This document shows positions 41,700 through 56,129 of a stretch of DNA of 64,000 bases, one piece after another. Each line of letters begins with the position of its first letter. The first letter of the stretch is position 1. The position numbers and the translations under genes were made by a program. Under the pieces are notes generated by a model, which saw only the letters and a list, made by a program, of their open reading frames with translations, was not told the origin of the DNA and ran no database searches. Origin of the DNA: Eledone cirrhosa (lineage: Eukaryota); contig OZ024740.1 of NCBI GenBank assembly GCA_964016885.1, positions 348,316,001 through 348,380,000 of the forward strand. The letters run 5' to 3'.

Positions 41700-42169
41700 T
41701 GTGAGTGTGCATATGTTTGCGTGTGTGTGTGAGTGTGTCTGTGTATGTGCGTTTGTGCGTGTGTACGTGCGTCCCTTGTCTGTGTCTATGACTGTGTGTC
41801 TGTGTTCGCGTGTGTGTGTGTTGGGTAGCATAGTTGAAACAAGAGAAATAACATTTTACTAAGTTACTTAAATAAGGTTTGCTCCCTTCCGAACCCTCTT
41901 TGTGGTCTCATGATACGCTATCTTTGAGTATCCATACCATGGCTTCCGGAACATGTCGCAAGTCCATCACCAGATTTTGTGGCATTAAATGGAGACTCTA
42001 ATATATTTATCGAACAAACGACCCATTCAGCTGAGGCCTGAACGCGTCTTTTGTTAACCTGCACGAAAGATCCCCGTGTTAAACCACCCCGGTAACACCT
42101 ATGCTTTATTATTTTTGTGAACAGGATTGACATGCGCAGCCGGGGGGTATCACGACTGTCAAGTGTGAA

Positions 42170-42775
42170 ATCAGGGGGTTGGAATTTGGAGAAGATATTG
42201 TGTTACTGAACTCGACAGAATGTGATCTCCGACTTGCACCCGATAGGTTCAATTCTGAGTGCTACATGGCTGGAATGAAAATCAGTGCTGCGACACCTGA
42301 GACACTTGTCCTCTGAACGTATCAAGCGCAGTATACTCTACATGTGAATGGAGTTCCACTGAAGTAGATGGAGAAGTCCAAGTATCTCGTGGCCGTGTTC
42401 TCGAGTGATAGAATATTGAAATAAGTGCAAGATTTGCAGAAGCTGGTGCAGTAATGCGCCAGCTTCAGAATTCGGTAGTTAGAAGAAGGGAGGTAGGTGT
42501 AAAAGACAAACTCGCTCTCTTCAATTCAGTATTCGTGCCAACTCTTACCTATGATCATGAATCTTGGAAAATGACTGAAAGAATACGATCAAGAATACTA
42601 GCGGCCGAAATAAGGTTCCTCCGAATGGTCCTTGGACTAATATTGCTCGATAGACTGCTTTGATTGGAGATCAGGGATTGACTCCAGCTAGCCCCACTAC
42701 TTCTTCAACTTGAGAGATCACAGCTCCGATACTTTGGGAAAGACGTTAGAATGTCTCAGGAAAAAAATCGGTGGA
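42170..42775 (+). pseudogene. RTE-clade (Expander/Rex3-like) LINE RT C-terminal fragment
   Basis: GMKISAA, MEKSKYL and KDKLALFNSVFVPTLTYDHESWKMTERIRSRILAAEIRFLR. Confidence 0.8.
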
Positions 42776-42788
42776 CAGAAATTTATAA

Positions 42789-42848
<60 letters not shown>

Positions 42849-43769
42849 GTGTGTGTGTGTATGTGTGTGTGTGTGCATGCATATCAATTTCTGTATTAAT
42901 TTCTGTACTATTAAATACTGAATTAATGTTAAAAATGTTATCATGTACTAGTGTGTTCTATAGGGCATGACGCAGCTTGGTTTCTAATATGTTAAAAAGA
43001 TGTGTAGAATTAAGTGAGTTGAACATTACATAGTAACATCATTCAAGAATCAGTCGTCCGCTTCAATAATTATCGAGGCCGTTTTCTCTTTGTCCAGACA
43101 TGTAAACCAATTTTATGAAATTTCGAAAACATATGAACTAGATGGAAATATATGAGAATGAACGCGAGACGACCAGATGTGAGCTACTTTAAAACCTGTG
43201 ATCTGTGTTGTTTAAATGTTCGGTTGCACATCTACGTTATTTTGGTTTAATTGTATTTCGTGTACATAGGTGGAATATCTATTGACACATCATCGAATAA
43301 GCTGACCCCTTCTAAAAAAAACATGGTAAATACAAATTATGTGAAGGAATCCTTCATATTCTTAAGTGGTATTCTTCGCATATTTTAACACTACCGATTT
43401 GTCATTGTAATCGTGTTATGGTCTCCGCGCCCATGCAAGCCTTCTAATCAGGTAAACTCCTTCTTTTCTCCACCATTCTCATGTATATTGAGAAAAGTCA
43501 AATGGACTAATGTAATGTTCAACATCAAAAACAAAAAAAGGACTGAATAATGTGTGGCTAAAACCCTAACTATAACTATAGCACAGAAGGGTAGCCATCT
43601 AATTCGTTTTTAATAAGTCTTTGAACTAGGGGCTAAGCAAATAAATATGGGAGAATCTACATTGCATCCCACGTCCAAAGATGAAATATATAATTCTCGT
43701 ACATTAACTGCAGGCACGAAAGAGTGAAAACATTTGACATATTGTAATCCTAGATACACTATATAACTA

Positions 43770-43943
43770 CAAAACCGTATAGAGACAGGCCAACAATTGC
43801 CCAAGTACTGGTACTTTATTTTATCGACCCTGTAAGGATGAAAGGCAAAGTGAACCTCGGCGGGATTTGAACGCACACCATAAAGGGCTTAACTCTATGC
43901 TGCAAAGTATGGCGTCCGGCCTTCTACTGATAGTGCCAATCCC
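43770..43943 (-). mobile_element. SINE family A copy
   Basis: TACTGGTACTTTATTTTATCGACCCTGTAAGGATGAAAGGCAAAGTGAACCTCGGCGGGATTTGAAC. Confidence 0.85.
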
Positions 43944-44951
43944 CAGCTAAATTTAATGCTAAACCTTTCTACTAAAACTATTATTCTGTGAGAGTTTGCA
44001 TTTATGAGAATTTCTCTCTTTGCTCTTTAAACTGCAATGGATAAAACAAAGAGAAATCTCTCCATAAAAGCTTTTGATACATTTGTACTAAACACTAAAA
44101 TGTACTAAAATATTTCCCCAACTGACTCTAACGTTATCAGTGGTTTACTTCAAACATTGAAATAATACCCATTTAAATATCAACGATTTTGAGATTGATG
44201 TTTATTTCAAATATAAATGTTTAGCAAAATATGCAAAGAAGAAGACAATGTGTAAACTAATGTTTTCCAGTATTCCACGATTAAAACATAGAAAGAAATT
44301 TACAGGTACTAGTAAACACAATGAAGAATGTTATACCGGGTAAGATACGCTGACATAGCGAGTTCACTGCAAGGAGATATTTGATGTTGGTCAGCTTAAT
44401 CCCTTTTTTACTTAATACGAAAGGTATTAAAGGGCCCGATGATTCCTCATTCATGTGCCTTAAATAATGATTCGTGAAGCTGAAATAATTTCTAAAACAT
44501 GACATTTTATTCCTTTTCTCACCGGGTAAAAATGATTGTGTCACCTATCATAGCCTCATTGCTAGTGATGCTCGGTAGAAGAAAGCTGTGCTGAAGCTTA
44601 TCGTATGTATATATACATTTGAACGGAAGATTCCTCTGTGAATTTTAGAATATTTCCATTATCAATCTCAGTGTCACATCTCTAGAATATTTCCTATCCG
44701 TCATCCCCACGAAGTTCATTGCAGTTTCGTCTGTTTTATCAATCGTCATTTTTAAATCAGTCTGCACAACCTTGTTTAGTACGATTGAAGCAGACGAATA
44801 TATTTTCATTGCGAAAATATCTTGTTTCTTTCTGACTCCTTCACATCTATGTTCTGTTATAAGCTCATTTACACATTCCCCTGCGTGCACTGATTGATCT
44901 TAAATCGAGCTGTACTTTCATTCTTCATTTGAAGATGGATGATGTATAGAG

Positions 44952-47230
44952 TAGGTGTGGGCAAACTTTATGGATGGGGGCCACATTGACTGGGTCATGA
45001 ACACTAGTTCATGGCCGCACCATTTATTATTGTATATAGTTTGCCAGTAACCTTACTTTTCTTCAGTTAGAATTTATAAAATATAAAATATCAACTGCAT
45101 CATTATCATACATGAATTAATAAAATCATTAAATACAAAAAACCTTTTAAAAAGTCTTCTTTTAATTTATGTCTGTACATCACAAAAAATACCAGAACAA
45201 ACAATTTAATGAGACAAATGCAACTGGTCGCAATTTGTTACAATTCTTTTAAAATCTGGTACACGGTTGATAGTGAAAATTCTCAGCACTGCATGCAGAG
45301 TCGTGTCTGAAACCATGGATCTGTTCTTGGACTTGTTTATTTTAAAACAGGAAAAACTCTGTTCATAGATGTAAGTTGACATAATAATAGAAAACTATCT
45401 GGCAGCAAAGCCTCTCAAACACGGAATTCTTTCAACTGAAAGACTCTTGTAATACTCTATTAATGGCACAGAATGAAACACTTCTTTCAACAGATAAGTT
45501 GGGTTGTCTATTAGATCAAGCTGTATTTCTTCAGCTGCTGCATCAACATCAGCAGGGAAAGGAAAAGTTAACAAATTGAATTCAGGCTCATTCTTTTTGA
45601 AATTTGTAAATCTTCTTTCAAACTCCTCATTTAAACTCATCAACTGATGCATTATCTTTTAGGATACATTTGCAGGCAATTTCTCTTCTCCTAATAGAGA
45701 AAAATGACAGAACTTGCCTTTACCTTTCAAGCAAGTTTTGCATGAAAAGACTTGTACATAACATGACCAAACAGATCCTTTCGCTGCAATGTCACATTCA
45801 GGTCATTCAGTTTATCAAAAATGTCAACTGCAAATATTAGTTCATGTTTCCAGTCTTCACAGGATATTTTTGTCAGAAAGTCACAAAAACCCATTTAATG
45901 TCCAGAAAGAGAATGATATCTTCTCGCAACTTCCACACTCTCTTCAGCACTTTGTCCAGACTCAACCGCAGCACATTGTTGTGGTAGAGTATATCTCCAT
46001 GCTCAGCCTCCACATCTTTCAACAGAGATTTGATCTGTCGGCGATTCAGTGCCCTAACCCAAATAAGGTTTACTACACTTAGCACCGGATCTACCACATG
46101 CTTCAAATTCAGTGCAGCATCACACGGGCTCTCTTGGTGCAAAATGCAGTAGAAAGACCACATGGCCGTTACTGATCTTATTTTCAATGACTTTCACCAT
46201 GCCCACATTTTTTCCTGTTAATGCATGGGCACTGACTGTTTTCACGCTTGCCAACTTATTCCATGACAAATCTTGACCTGTTGTCCTTTCCATGGGCTTT
46301 AGTGAATGGAGTTTTTCTGTGACATGAACATTTCACGAATGAAGATGTGTAATTAAGCAGTACTTGGATGTAAGTACTCTCATCTAGGGCTACAGAGTAC
46401 CACACAAAATCTGCTGTTGAGTCAACTCGTCATTTATTACATTAATGCGTCATGCAATGGTGCGCCTTGATAAGGAAATGCGTTGAAATTTACCTTTCAC
46501 TTCAGGTCACACAATGCTTGCTCAATCTATCATGCATTGCTTTATAAACTCTCCATACGGGAATGTCTTTTTTTTAGCAAGAGTGTATGCTACAATAAAA
46601 CCTGCTTCTACAGCACTCTTGATGCGAGGATAATTTTGTAAACATTGATTTTGCTTTTCAGTTTTGTCGCAAAATACATTGCCTTTCTTCTCCATTCTTC
46701 AGCGGACATGTTGAGACCAAAACCCTCGTGTTTGTTTTGTTTGGTGATGTCGCTTTAAATTGTACACTTTGAACACAGCGATTGTGTCTTGATACAGCAA
46801 ACACACCGCTTAATTCTCGGCACAGGTAAAGAATTACGTGTGTAGCCAATCTTCTTGGAATACACGACATTATTGGTCAATTTTCCGCTTTTTAGCAGAA
46901 GTCATTATTACGGTCAGAAAGAATTATATCACAGCGTTGTTGTGGAAACGAAAGATGGATGTCAACAGCCGCACATGCACAGTTGTTATGTTGTGCCTGT
47001 TATTTAAAATAAAATAGTCACTCCTGCTCCCTCTGTCTCGTTTCTCTCTCTGGTACAAAAGCCTAACTAGATCTAGTCTTGGCTTAAGTATTATATACGA
47101 AAATGTGTTTATCTATTTATTTTTTTATTAATTCTCCTAATACTTCCACGGACCATATAGAACTCTTTGGCGGGTCGCATTTGGCCCACGGGCCGCATTT
47201 TGCCCACATGCCGTAGTCTGGCTACCCCTG
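44952..47230 (-). mobile_element. Decayed full-length hAT transposon, Buster/Charlie group (GTF2IRD2/EPM2AIP1-like transposase)
   Basis: 8-bp TSD GTATAGAG at 44944-44951 and 47231-47238 with central TA. Imperfect TIRs TAGGTGTGGGCAAACT / CAGGGGTAGCCAGACT. Motifs YSVALDES, CILHQE, RALNRRQ, GDILYHNNV and EFERRF; multiple frameshifts. Confidence 0.92.
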
Positions 47231-47554
47231 GTATAGAGTGTTTTCGATCAGTTATTCTGACAATTATCATCTCTTGTAAAGCTTCTCTAGTATTGCATTA
47301 TTTGGCGACTCTTTAAAATGCAAAATTGTGATTTACCTATCATTTCTAAAAGATTCAGGAAGCATACAGTTGCCTTTTATATTTATATATACATTTATTG
47401 GTTATATTTTTTCATCTCAATTATTTTATTATCAGTTGATGTATTGTAGCAAATAAATAAATATGAAACAATATTTCATGATGCTCGTTTGTAGAGTATA
47501 TATTCAGTTTAGATACATTTTGTATTCATTTAAAATTTATATTTGGATTTGTTG

Positions 47555-47735
47555 ATGAATTGATAGAGGTAGTAGATCGTCGCAGTATTTCTTTTAGCTC
47601 TTCGCGTTATGAGTTCAAATTCATCACAGTTAACTTTGCCTTTCAGCCTTCTGACTTCTTCAAAGGCACGGTTTCTTGTAATAGAATTTCCCTTCGTCTA
47701 AATTGTTCAAATTATGCCTAAGCTAGAAAACATAA
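47555..47735 (+). mobile_element. Degenerate SINE family A copy
   Basis: GAGTTCAAATTC..GTTAACTTTGCCTTTCAGCCTT ... TGCCTAAGCTAGAAA. Confidence 0.6.
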
Positions 47736-47992
47736 TTATATATATTTTGTATTATCAATTGCTTTATCATTTAATCTGAAAGTATGAGATGTTTAATTTC
47801 CTGAACGTAAAATACTTAAAACAAATGTAAACATCAGAAAGTAAAACTAAATGTTTCAATTATTTTTTCTTCTCAATTCATAGTTGGAGAAATGAGATTC
47901 GTTACAGACAGCCAGGAGATTATGGTATAACAGCAATTTAGACAATATTTTAGCATGTTTAGTTAACCTGTAGATATCTAACACCCTTGCCT

Positions 47993-48159
47993 CATACATA
48001 CATACATACATACATGCATTTATACATACATACATGCATACATACATACATGTGTGCATGCATACATGCATGCATGCATGCATACATACATACATACATA
48101 CATACATACATACATACATACATACATACATACATACATACATACATACATACATACAT
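47993..48159. repeat. (TACA)n/(TGCA)n tetranucleotide repeat
   Basis: Seen directly. Confidence 0.95.
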
Positions 48160-50284
48160 CTACGGAGATTTCGCAGCTGAAATTTCCAGCTAAGTGCGAA
48201 ATGAATTCGAGGAAAATTTATTATTTACCAATAAAAATGACGTAAATAGATTATATGGAATACAATATTATTTCGAATGCGTGGACAGATATTATCTGAT
48301 TACATAATTCTATTATATAATGATATATTTATATGAATAAGTTATAGTATTCCTTTGATGTGGCTCGATGCCATAATTTCATCGACATAAACAGTATTAT
48401 TTTATTGCTGTATAAAACAAAAATATCTGGTAAGCCATTTTTTTCGTTTATCATATAGAATATGATTATATGTATCTATAATTGTAAATATTCTTTTTAA
48501 ATGTTAACTTTAATAACGTTTTTTTCGAAAATACCAGCACTTTTGGTTGCATTTTCCTGTATAAATAAGTATATGAATTTAATTTATATATTAAAAATAA
48601 CTTTCTTCGAGAGAGTTTAATTTATTTTATGGCAAAGTTTTCTTTTTTTTATTTCATAAAAAACAATTATTACATTTTGCAGCAGTAGCATAATAAATTT
48701 AATGCACACCAATAAAGATTTACATGCCAAAATGAAGCAGCGCTGTGCTCTTTCGAGTAGCTAGAGTAGCTTTCAAACTCCCCTCAAAACATTAATAATC
48801 GTTTAACAAAATACAATACAGTTCAAAATATATTACACTAGAATCGAATGATGGTATGTTTCGAAAAAGAGTCAAGCGATAAGAATGATACAGAATTTCA
48901 ATGATGACATATTTAAGCCAAACAAAATATGTCGGATGGTACATGGGAATAATATATATCTCAGAAATATTTACACATATAACAATAAAGTCTCCCAAAC
49001 TCATTCAATTATCCTTAAATCAAAACACAACAAAATGAAACAGAAAACAACACTTAGTTTCGGTTAAGATGGTGAGCTCTATCAACTGCACAACAAGAGT
49101 ACAAACAAAACAATATATTAAAATTCAAGGATATCGTGCAATATATAAAAATGGTAAATATCAACAACCAAAGTAGTCAATGGAAGCCAAGTAATCATAA
49201 CATGAGAATACTTAAAAATAATGCGATATAACAGTAAATCTAATCCTGGCACAATATATTTACATAATAATAATACAATCTGCATGATATAAACATAAAG
49301 TGAACTCCAACAAGCTTAATTGCACAACAATAAAGAAATAGAGGCAGGGAAATAGCTGCGTTAAATCTTACTACGATACACATTGGGCAAGTGTCTTCTA
49401 ATTTAATAACGCTTATTCACAATGAATATAAACCAAAATTTGACATAGCTACCTACACCCATCGCAATATACTCCATGAACAACACACTTTCCTTCCAAT
49501 GGATTTACCGTGGAGAAATCAAGAAAAAGGTAGAGAAATACCGAAAGTACTAATGGAGCAATATTGGAGAAAATGATAAGACACAACTAAGAAAAAATGT
49601 TTTGAAATAGATTTTCATTTTAAGCCGTATAACCTGCAGTATTTCTTTTTACTTCCTTTAGTCGTTCTACCTCTTTCTTGATCTATATTTCTCTCTCACT
49701 CTCTATCTAACCTCATCTCACACATATAACGATTATAAAATAAAGACCCATGCCATTCTGTAGGCTTCATATCTTACATCCACTTATATCTAATTGTTGG
49801 AAACTAAGAATTGCACAAAAACGATTAGGTAAAGACAATACACTAGTATTACAAACTAACAACACAAAATACATTACTATATCAACAAGCATCTCCTTGG
49901 CTATTCACCGAGGATACGTATCATAGATTGAAAGTATTAATACACACTCAGTTACAATGATGAAAGTGAGATATCAATTTTAATTTACATATACAGATAC
50001 AAAAATGTGGGAGGTGTAGAACACAAAGGAGGGTATTGTTTAAGCACAAATATACTACGTTTTCATTCTGTGTAAGAACTTACACCACATATCCATTTAT
50101 TTCATCAAGCTGGCTAAATAATTCTTTGTCGCGACATTCTATTATGTTCCATACATCTTGCTACAACATCCATAGAGGTCATACTGCTTCAACCGTCTTC
50201 TAAGCATGATTTATCTCACATGAAATTCACTTACAAACCAAGGAAGATATTACCGAACCCGCCACTTGCAGCGTCGCATTATTA

Positions 50285-50710
50285 CAGTAATACACTGGGA
50301 AAATTGCTGGCCTTGTGCCAAAAGTAGAAACAATTGTTACAGGGCGGTGGATTGGCAGTATCGGTAGAGCGACAGACAGCATGCTTTGCAGCATGGAGTT
50401 ATGGCCCTTTATGATCTGAGTTCAAATCCCGCCGAGGTTAACTTTGCCTTTCATCCTTACGGAGTCGATAAAATAAAGTGCCAGTAATGCAGTAATGCAC
50501 TGGGATAATTACTTTCCTTGTGCCAATGGCAGTATCGGTAGAGGGTCGGAAGCCATGCTTTCCAGCATAGTTACGTCCCTTTACGATTTGAGTTCAAATC
50601 CCGCCGAGGTTGACTTTGCCTTTCATCTTTACGGGGTCGATAAAATAAAGTACCAGTAATGCACTGGGTAATTGCTGGCCTTGTGCCTAAAGTAGAAATT
50701 ATTATTACAG
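50285..50710 (+). mobile_element. Head-to-tail SINE family A array (tail fragment plus two copies)
   Basis: 3' tail at 50285-50340, full copy at 50343-50526, second copy at 50527-50705. Confidence 0.9.
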
Positions 50711-51206
50711 ATTGTAAGGTTCAACACTATCGCGATCAAAACATAGCTGTAGCAATGTAGACCACACGGCATGAAATGTAATACTAAAAGCAGACACGGT
50801 TTCGGCTGTAGAAATATCAAAACGTTACAGATTCTGCTACTATATATACCATCAAGAATATTACTAGAATATCATTATAAAAATCATATCTCTTCTTTAT
50901 AATTCAAACAGGTATCATCAATACCATTACCCCATTTCCCATCACCACACCATCTAAAAAAAAGGTTTTATGGTAGAATGCACTTCACCTTTGTTGCCTT
51001 TATTTCAGTCACCAGTAGAACCTACTGGTAAACAAATATATGATAGTGAGAAAATAACATGACGAGATCACTACACGACAGTGACTTCGTGTCCCTCACT
51101 AATCGTTTTGAAACCTTACTTGTAACCTTACGCGATCATTTGTTTCTCCAACAGATCATGTATGTTCAAAACACCTATATGAACGTGCCTATATGTATGA
51201 AAGCAT

Positions 51207-51375
51207 TCAGTGTAGGGGTTAGAGCGTTAGATCTTCAGTCAAGAGGCTGAGTTCGATTCGTGGAACGGGTGGTGCGTTCTGTCCTTCAGTAACACACATT
51301 ATTTTACGATCTTCTTGTTTACTCAGCTGGCAAAATGAGTTGCGACGTCACTGGTACTAGGCTGTATCGGCCTAC
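51207..51375 (+). mobile_element. tRNA-derived SINE (different family)
   Basis: TGTAGGGGTTAGAGCG A-box-like, GAGTTCGATTC B-box, then TGTCCTT...ACTCAGCTGGCAAAATGAG body. Confidence 0.6.
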
Positions 51376-52391
51376 GTGAAGACGGGAAACTGGTATGAAC
51401 GGGTGAATGCTGGTCTCCCCCCCCCCCCAATAAAAGAAGGGAGGGGTGAATTTTCTAGGTGCGAACACCATAGTTATTGGTAACCGAAGGAGATACTTCA
51501 TGTGCCTCTATATTTTGTATGTAGTACAATATCAGGTTTTCTGGAATTTGAGAACACTCAGGAAAAGAATAATAGTCCTACGTGTTAGAACGAAACTGCA
51601 TTGACTATATGGAGTAACAAAGCGGAGAACATTGAAATTTTAAGCCTATTAGTTCCAGTTATTTTTCTTTAGAAACTGTTGGGCAATATATTTTCTTGTG
51701 TGTATGATTACGTTGATTAAAGCATTTTTTAAAGCAATTTTCAGTTCATCGAAAATATAATTTCTGGTTTAAATATATAGTTTCAGTTGATATATCGATT
51801 GACATTGCAACACCATATTAAACCTTTTAAAGGCATTACTATTAAGGGGGCAATTATTTTGGGCAATACGGTTATAAGTAGAAACGTATATTTCAATGTT
51901 GCTGGAAAAGAATTTCTTAATTTAAATCTTTAGTAAAACCTACATTTTGCGTAACTAGAATAGATTATCTATACATGAATATACACTTTGGCCGGATGTA
52001 ATAACAAATTTAAAGGTCTGTGCATGTCTTACATCATTCTATTTCGTCATAAAATCGAATATTTAGGTTAACCGCTTTTCTCCTTCAGCATTGCTACTAT
52101 CGTATTAATGGTAACTTATTTGCTGTGGAATAAATTTTTGAAATTACATTTCAACCCTTTCATTGTTATTGCTTTCGATGTCGATGAAATCAAATATTTA
52201 TTTCCTATATTAACTGGTTTTAGTGAACGTGATATATGTGATTATTTATGCTCTCTCTAATCTCACAAATCATATGCGACTCGACCACATTTTCTGCCAT
52301 TTATGTCATAAATGCTTCATCAGATATTAGTATTAGAACTTAAATCATCTACTTCATCTAATTCCCAATAGCATTATCTCTATCTCAGTTG

Positions 52392-52570
52392 ATTGGCAGT
52401 ATCGGTAGAGGGTCGGACGCCATGCTTTGACGCATAGAGTTACGGCCCTTGCCATTCTGAGTTCAAATCCCGCCGAGGTTAACTTTGCCTTTCATCCTTA
52501 TGGGGTCGATAAAATAAAGTACCAGTAATACACTGGGTAATTGCTGGCCTTGTGCCAAAAGTAGAAACAA
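52392..52570 (+). mobile_element. Young SINE family A copy with 19-bp TSD
   Basis: TSD ATTATCTCTATCTCAGTTG at 52373-52391 and 52570-52588. Confidence 0.93.
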
Positions 52571-54109
52571 TTATCTCTATCTCAGTTGCAGTTAAATAAA
52601 TCGAAACAAAATATGTATTAGTTTCCGAACTTTATGTATAGGTATGCCACTTCTACAATAACACTAGTTTAGACAGATATAAAATAAAAAAAGAAATCAA
52701 CAATATAAGTGTACATTATCAATTTTAGAATATTACATGTGTGCTAAACTGTATTTACCGACAAGGTTTTTATTGTATGGTCATGTATTTAATTTATTTT
52801 CAGTCATGAAATTAAAATTGAAATACAAACATACAAACACATATGCACACATACGCACGCACCGCACACGCACACACGCACACACTACACACATATACAC
52901 ATATCCATATATATGTCTGTATCGATGTATATTTGTTAATTTCATTATTTTTCTTAATTTTCATTAAATTGCTTCGATATACGCTTCATATATTTTACTC
53001 AGATACAGTAATCTCTTATTTCTCCGACATGTTCAAAGTGTCATATCTGATATACATAAAATATATGACTGGACAGAAAATAAGGAAATACACAGAAAAT
53101 TACTTGTAAGTAGAGGGAACACATCACAAGAAAGAAACATGAGTATGACGATTTAAAGAAGAAAGGACCAAAGCAATAAGGAAGAGATTGAAGGAACTAG
53201 AAGTGGACAAGGCAAAACTAGAATCGGTACTTTCGAAATAAATATATTAGGAAATAACACATCTATTCAAGAAAAGAAGAATTACGTTTGATTATTGTAG
53301 TGTAATGTTACAACTGATTAGGTTTACAGATAATGGACTATTTTTGTTTGTCATTGATGTACTGTATCTGTAAACAATGTAGATATTTATCTGTTACGTT
53401 ATTAAAATATTCTATTTTATCTTTTTTTGAAAAGATATTAACTCGACAAAGTTAAAAACATCGACTCAAAGACTTTCTTGTTTTCTTGCATAAACTCTAT
53501 CTTCATCGACATCTATGACCGTAATATATTCATAAATTTGTAAATATATCTAAATCTAATATCTCTCCTTTAGTCTGGTAAATTTATTGTTCAGATTTCA
53601 ATATTCTCATTTTTTGTACAAAAAATTAACAAAAAGAAAGGGAATTCGGATATATTGAGTCTAAATCAATACACATAAAGTTTGTCAGCCTTAAGTGGTT
53701 TTCTTACGTAATATTTATGTCATATAAAAAATATCTCGCACACAAAATATATTGAACGAATGACATTGAATCAGACATTGAATGGGAACCAATGAATAGG
53801 CACATTCTTTTCAGTCTATAAACAGCATAAGTTTTTCACTTTTAAATTTGTTATTTATTTTGCTACATCGATTGCAAATACTCTGCTGAAAATAGTGTTC
53901 AAAGAAACGAAACTCAAGCAAGAGAATAATATTCAGACGTCGATTGAAGATGTCACTTTTTATATTTGTTATTTTTAGCACATGGATCCGCTATATTGAT
54001 CGAAAAATATATCAATATATGTATATTATATGACGTCGTGTTAGCAATAAGATTATATTTGTAAGAAACGAAACATTTTATAACTTCTTTTTACAAAATA
54101 TTATGGAAT

Positions 54110-54706
54110 TTAAATTATAATAAGGAATTGATACCTATATACAAAAATCCCTCGCCTTAATTTGTCTACTGCTTCTAATAAGTGACTGAAATTAGGACAG
54201 ATAAATGTCCGCTGAGTATGACTTCTATATCAGAGCAAAGTAGGAGCTATAATATTTGCATTTTTGCAAAGAGGAATAATAACCTAACGGTAGTGAATTA
54301 ATTCAAAATCTGTTTCGTCTAAAATGATTCAACACCATTCATGACCTTATAGTTTTGGTTTAATACATAGAAGCGAAAAATGCAGCGTAGTAGCTTCCTA
54401 TTAATGTCATTTTAAGCGGCCTTCTTGCTACCCCATTCCCAGTTTCACCAATGTATTGTATGTGGGATTTAGTATGTGTAGCACACTGTATAATGTTGAA
54501 AGTGTAGTCAGTGTTGTGGTGAGTATAATCTATGTCGTTTTACAATGCCACTGAGACTTGTGCGAAAGATAGAAAAGTATCCGCAAACATGTATTTGCTG
54601 GGTATCTATACTCATTCACATTTATTCTGAAATGGCCATACTAATTTGCGGTCTCCGATACGTACTTTGTATTTTATAGATATAACTTTATCACACACTT
54701 CTACTG
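54110..54706. repeat. Left arm of a ~600-bp inverted repeat
   Basis: Reverse complement of 60181-60798; the right arm has a ~20-bp insertion near 60463. Confidence 0.92.
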
Positions 54707-54727
54707 TATATATATAATATATATATA

Positions 54728-54804
<77 letters not shown>

Positions 54805-54846
54805 GTATTTATATATATATATGCGTATATGTATTTATATATATAT

Positions 54847-54923
<77 letters not shown>

Positions 54924-54966
54924 CATATATATATATACATATATATATATACATATATATATATAC

Positions 54967-55021
<55 letters not shown>

Positions 55022-55085
55022 CATATATATATATACATATATATATATACATATATATATATACATATATATATATACATACATA

Positions 55086-55122
<37 letters not shown>

Positions 55123-55183
55123 TTATATATATATGTATATATATATATGTGTATATATATATATATATTTAAATATATATATA
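54707..55183. repeat. (TA)n array containing a 14-bp higher-order unit
   Basis: C interruptions fall on a 14-bp register from 54910 to 55078. Confidence 0.95.
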
Positions 55184-55234
55184 AACATAGTGACGAAACA
55201 TAAGTCAATCGCATGAACTCATAAACCTTTATTT

Positions 55235-55290
55235 ACTGCTATATATATTTCGATGATAGCCATTGAATGGGTATGACCTCATCAGGCAGT
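55235..55290 (-). ncRNA. Hammerhead ribozyme (inverted copy)
   Basis: Reverse complement of 56074-56129 with one stem II change. Confidence 0.8.
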
Positions 55291-56073
55291 TAGTCAGTTC
55301 TTAGATATGCCAGCTCTGTGTTTAAGGTGTTGATGGTATCAGAGCCTTGGGTCATATGAGCTTGTTAGGAATAATTTACTGTTGTCAGCAGGAATAATCT
55401 TAATTCTCATTGGTCAGTTTGTAGGTGCTAGTAGGGTTGGTATTTGGCATCAAAGAGGCAGGTGGTCTTGTAAAGTTCAAACCGTCAGGCAAGGTGACAA
55501 TTGTTCCATATGACTGATTTTCACAAAAAGCATTCTTGGTCAGATATATATTCAATTGAGGTTAATAGTATGAAATTCAATACTACAGGTCATAATTTTC
55601 AGTATTACCACCCCACATTAATTCCTCAATTTGGATGTGTGGATGTGTGTGTGGATGAGTCAGTGGGTGTGAGTGTATGTGCAAGTCAACCTACATAAAT
55701 CTTTTTATTTGTAAATGTTCTAGTAGTCTACTCTAACAATAATTTTCATTAAATTCCTCAATTTAAGATTGACCTGTAGTATCGAATTTCATACTATTAA
55801 CCCCAATTGAATATATATATCTGACCAGGAATGCTTTTTGTGAAAATCAGTCATATGGAACAATTGTCACCTTGCCTGACGGTTTGAACTTTACAACACC
55901 ACCTGCCTCTTTAATGCCAAATACCAACCCTACTAGCATCTACAAATTGACCAATGAGAATTAAGATTATTCCTGCTGACAACAGTAAATTATTCCTAAC
56001 AAGCTCATATGTCCGAAGGTTCTGAAACCATCAACACCATAAACACAGAGCTGGCATATCTAAGAACTGACTA

Positions 56074-56129
56074 ACTGCCTGATGAGGTCATAGCCATTCA
56101 ATGGCTATCATCGAAATATATATAGCAGT
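56074..56129 (+). ncRNA. Type-I hammerhead ribozyme
   Basis: ACTGC-CTGATGA-stem II (ATAGCCAT/ATGGCTAT)-GAAA, palindromic stem III ATATATAT, then A-GCAGT. Confidence 0.85.

Noticed and set aside
48900-50280. A-rich block possibly from a LINE ORF2
   Set aside because: Only faint motif echoes (KIQGY, GGYCLS); too decayed to call.
50343-50440. tRNA gene
   Set aside because: A and B boxes belong to a SINE head; there is no cloverleaf and it continues into the SINE body.
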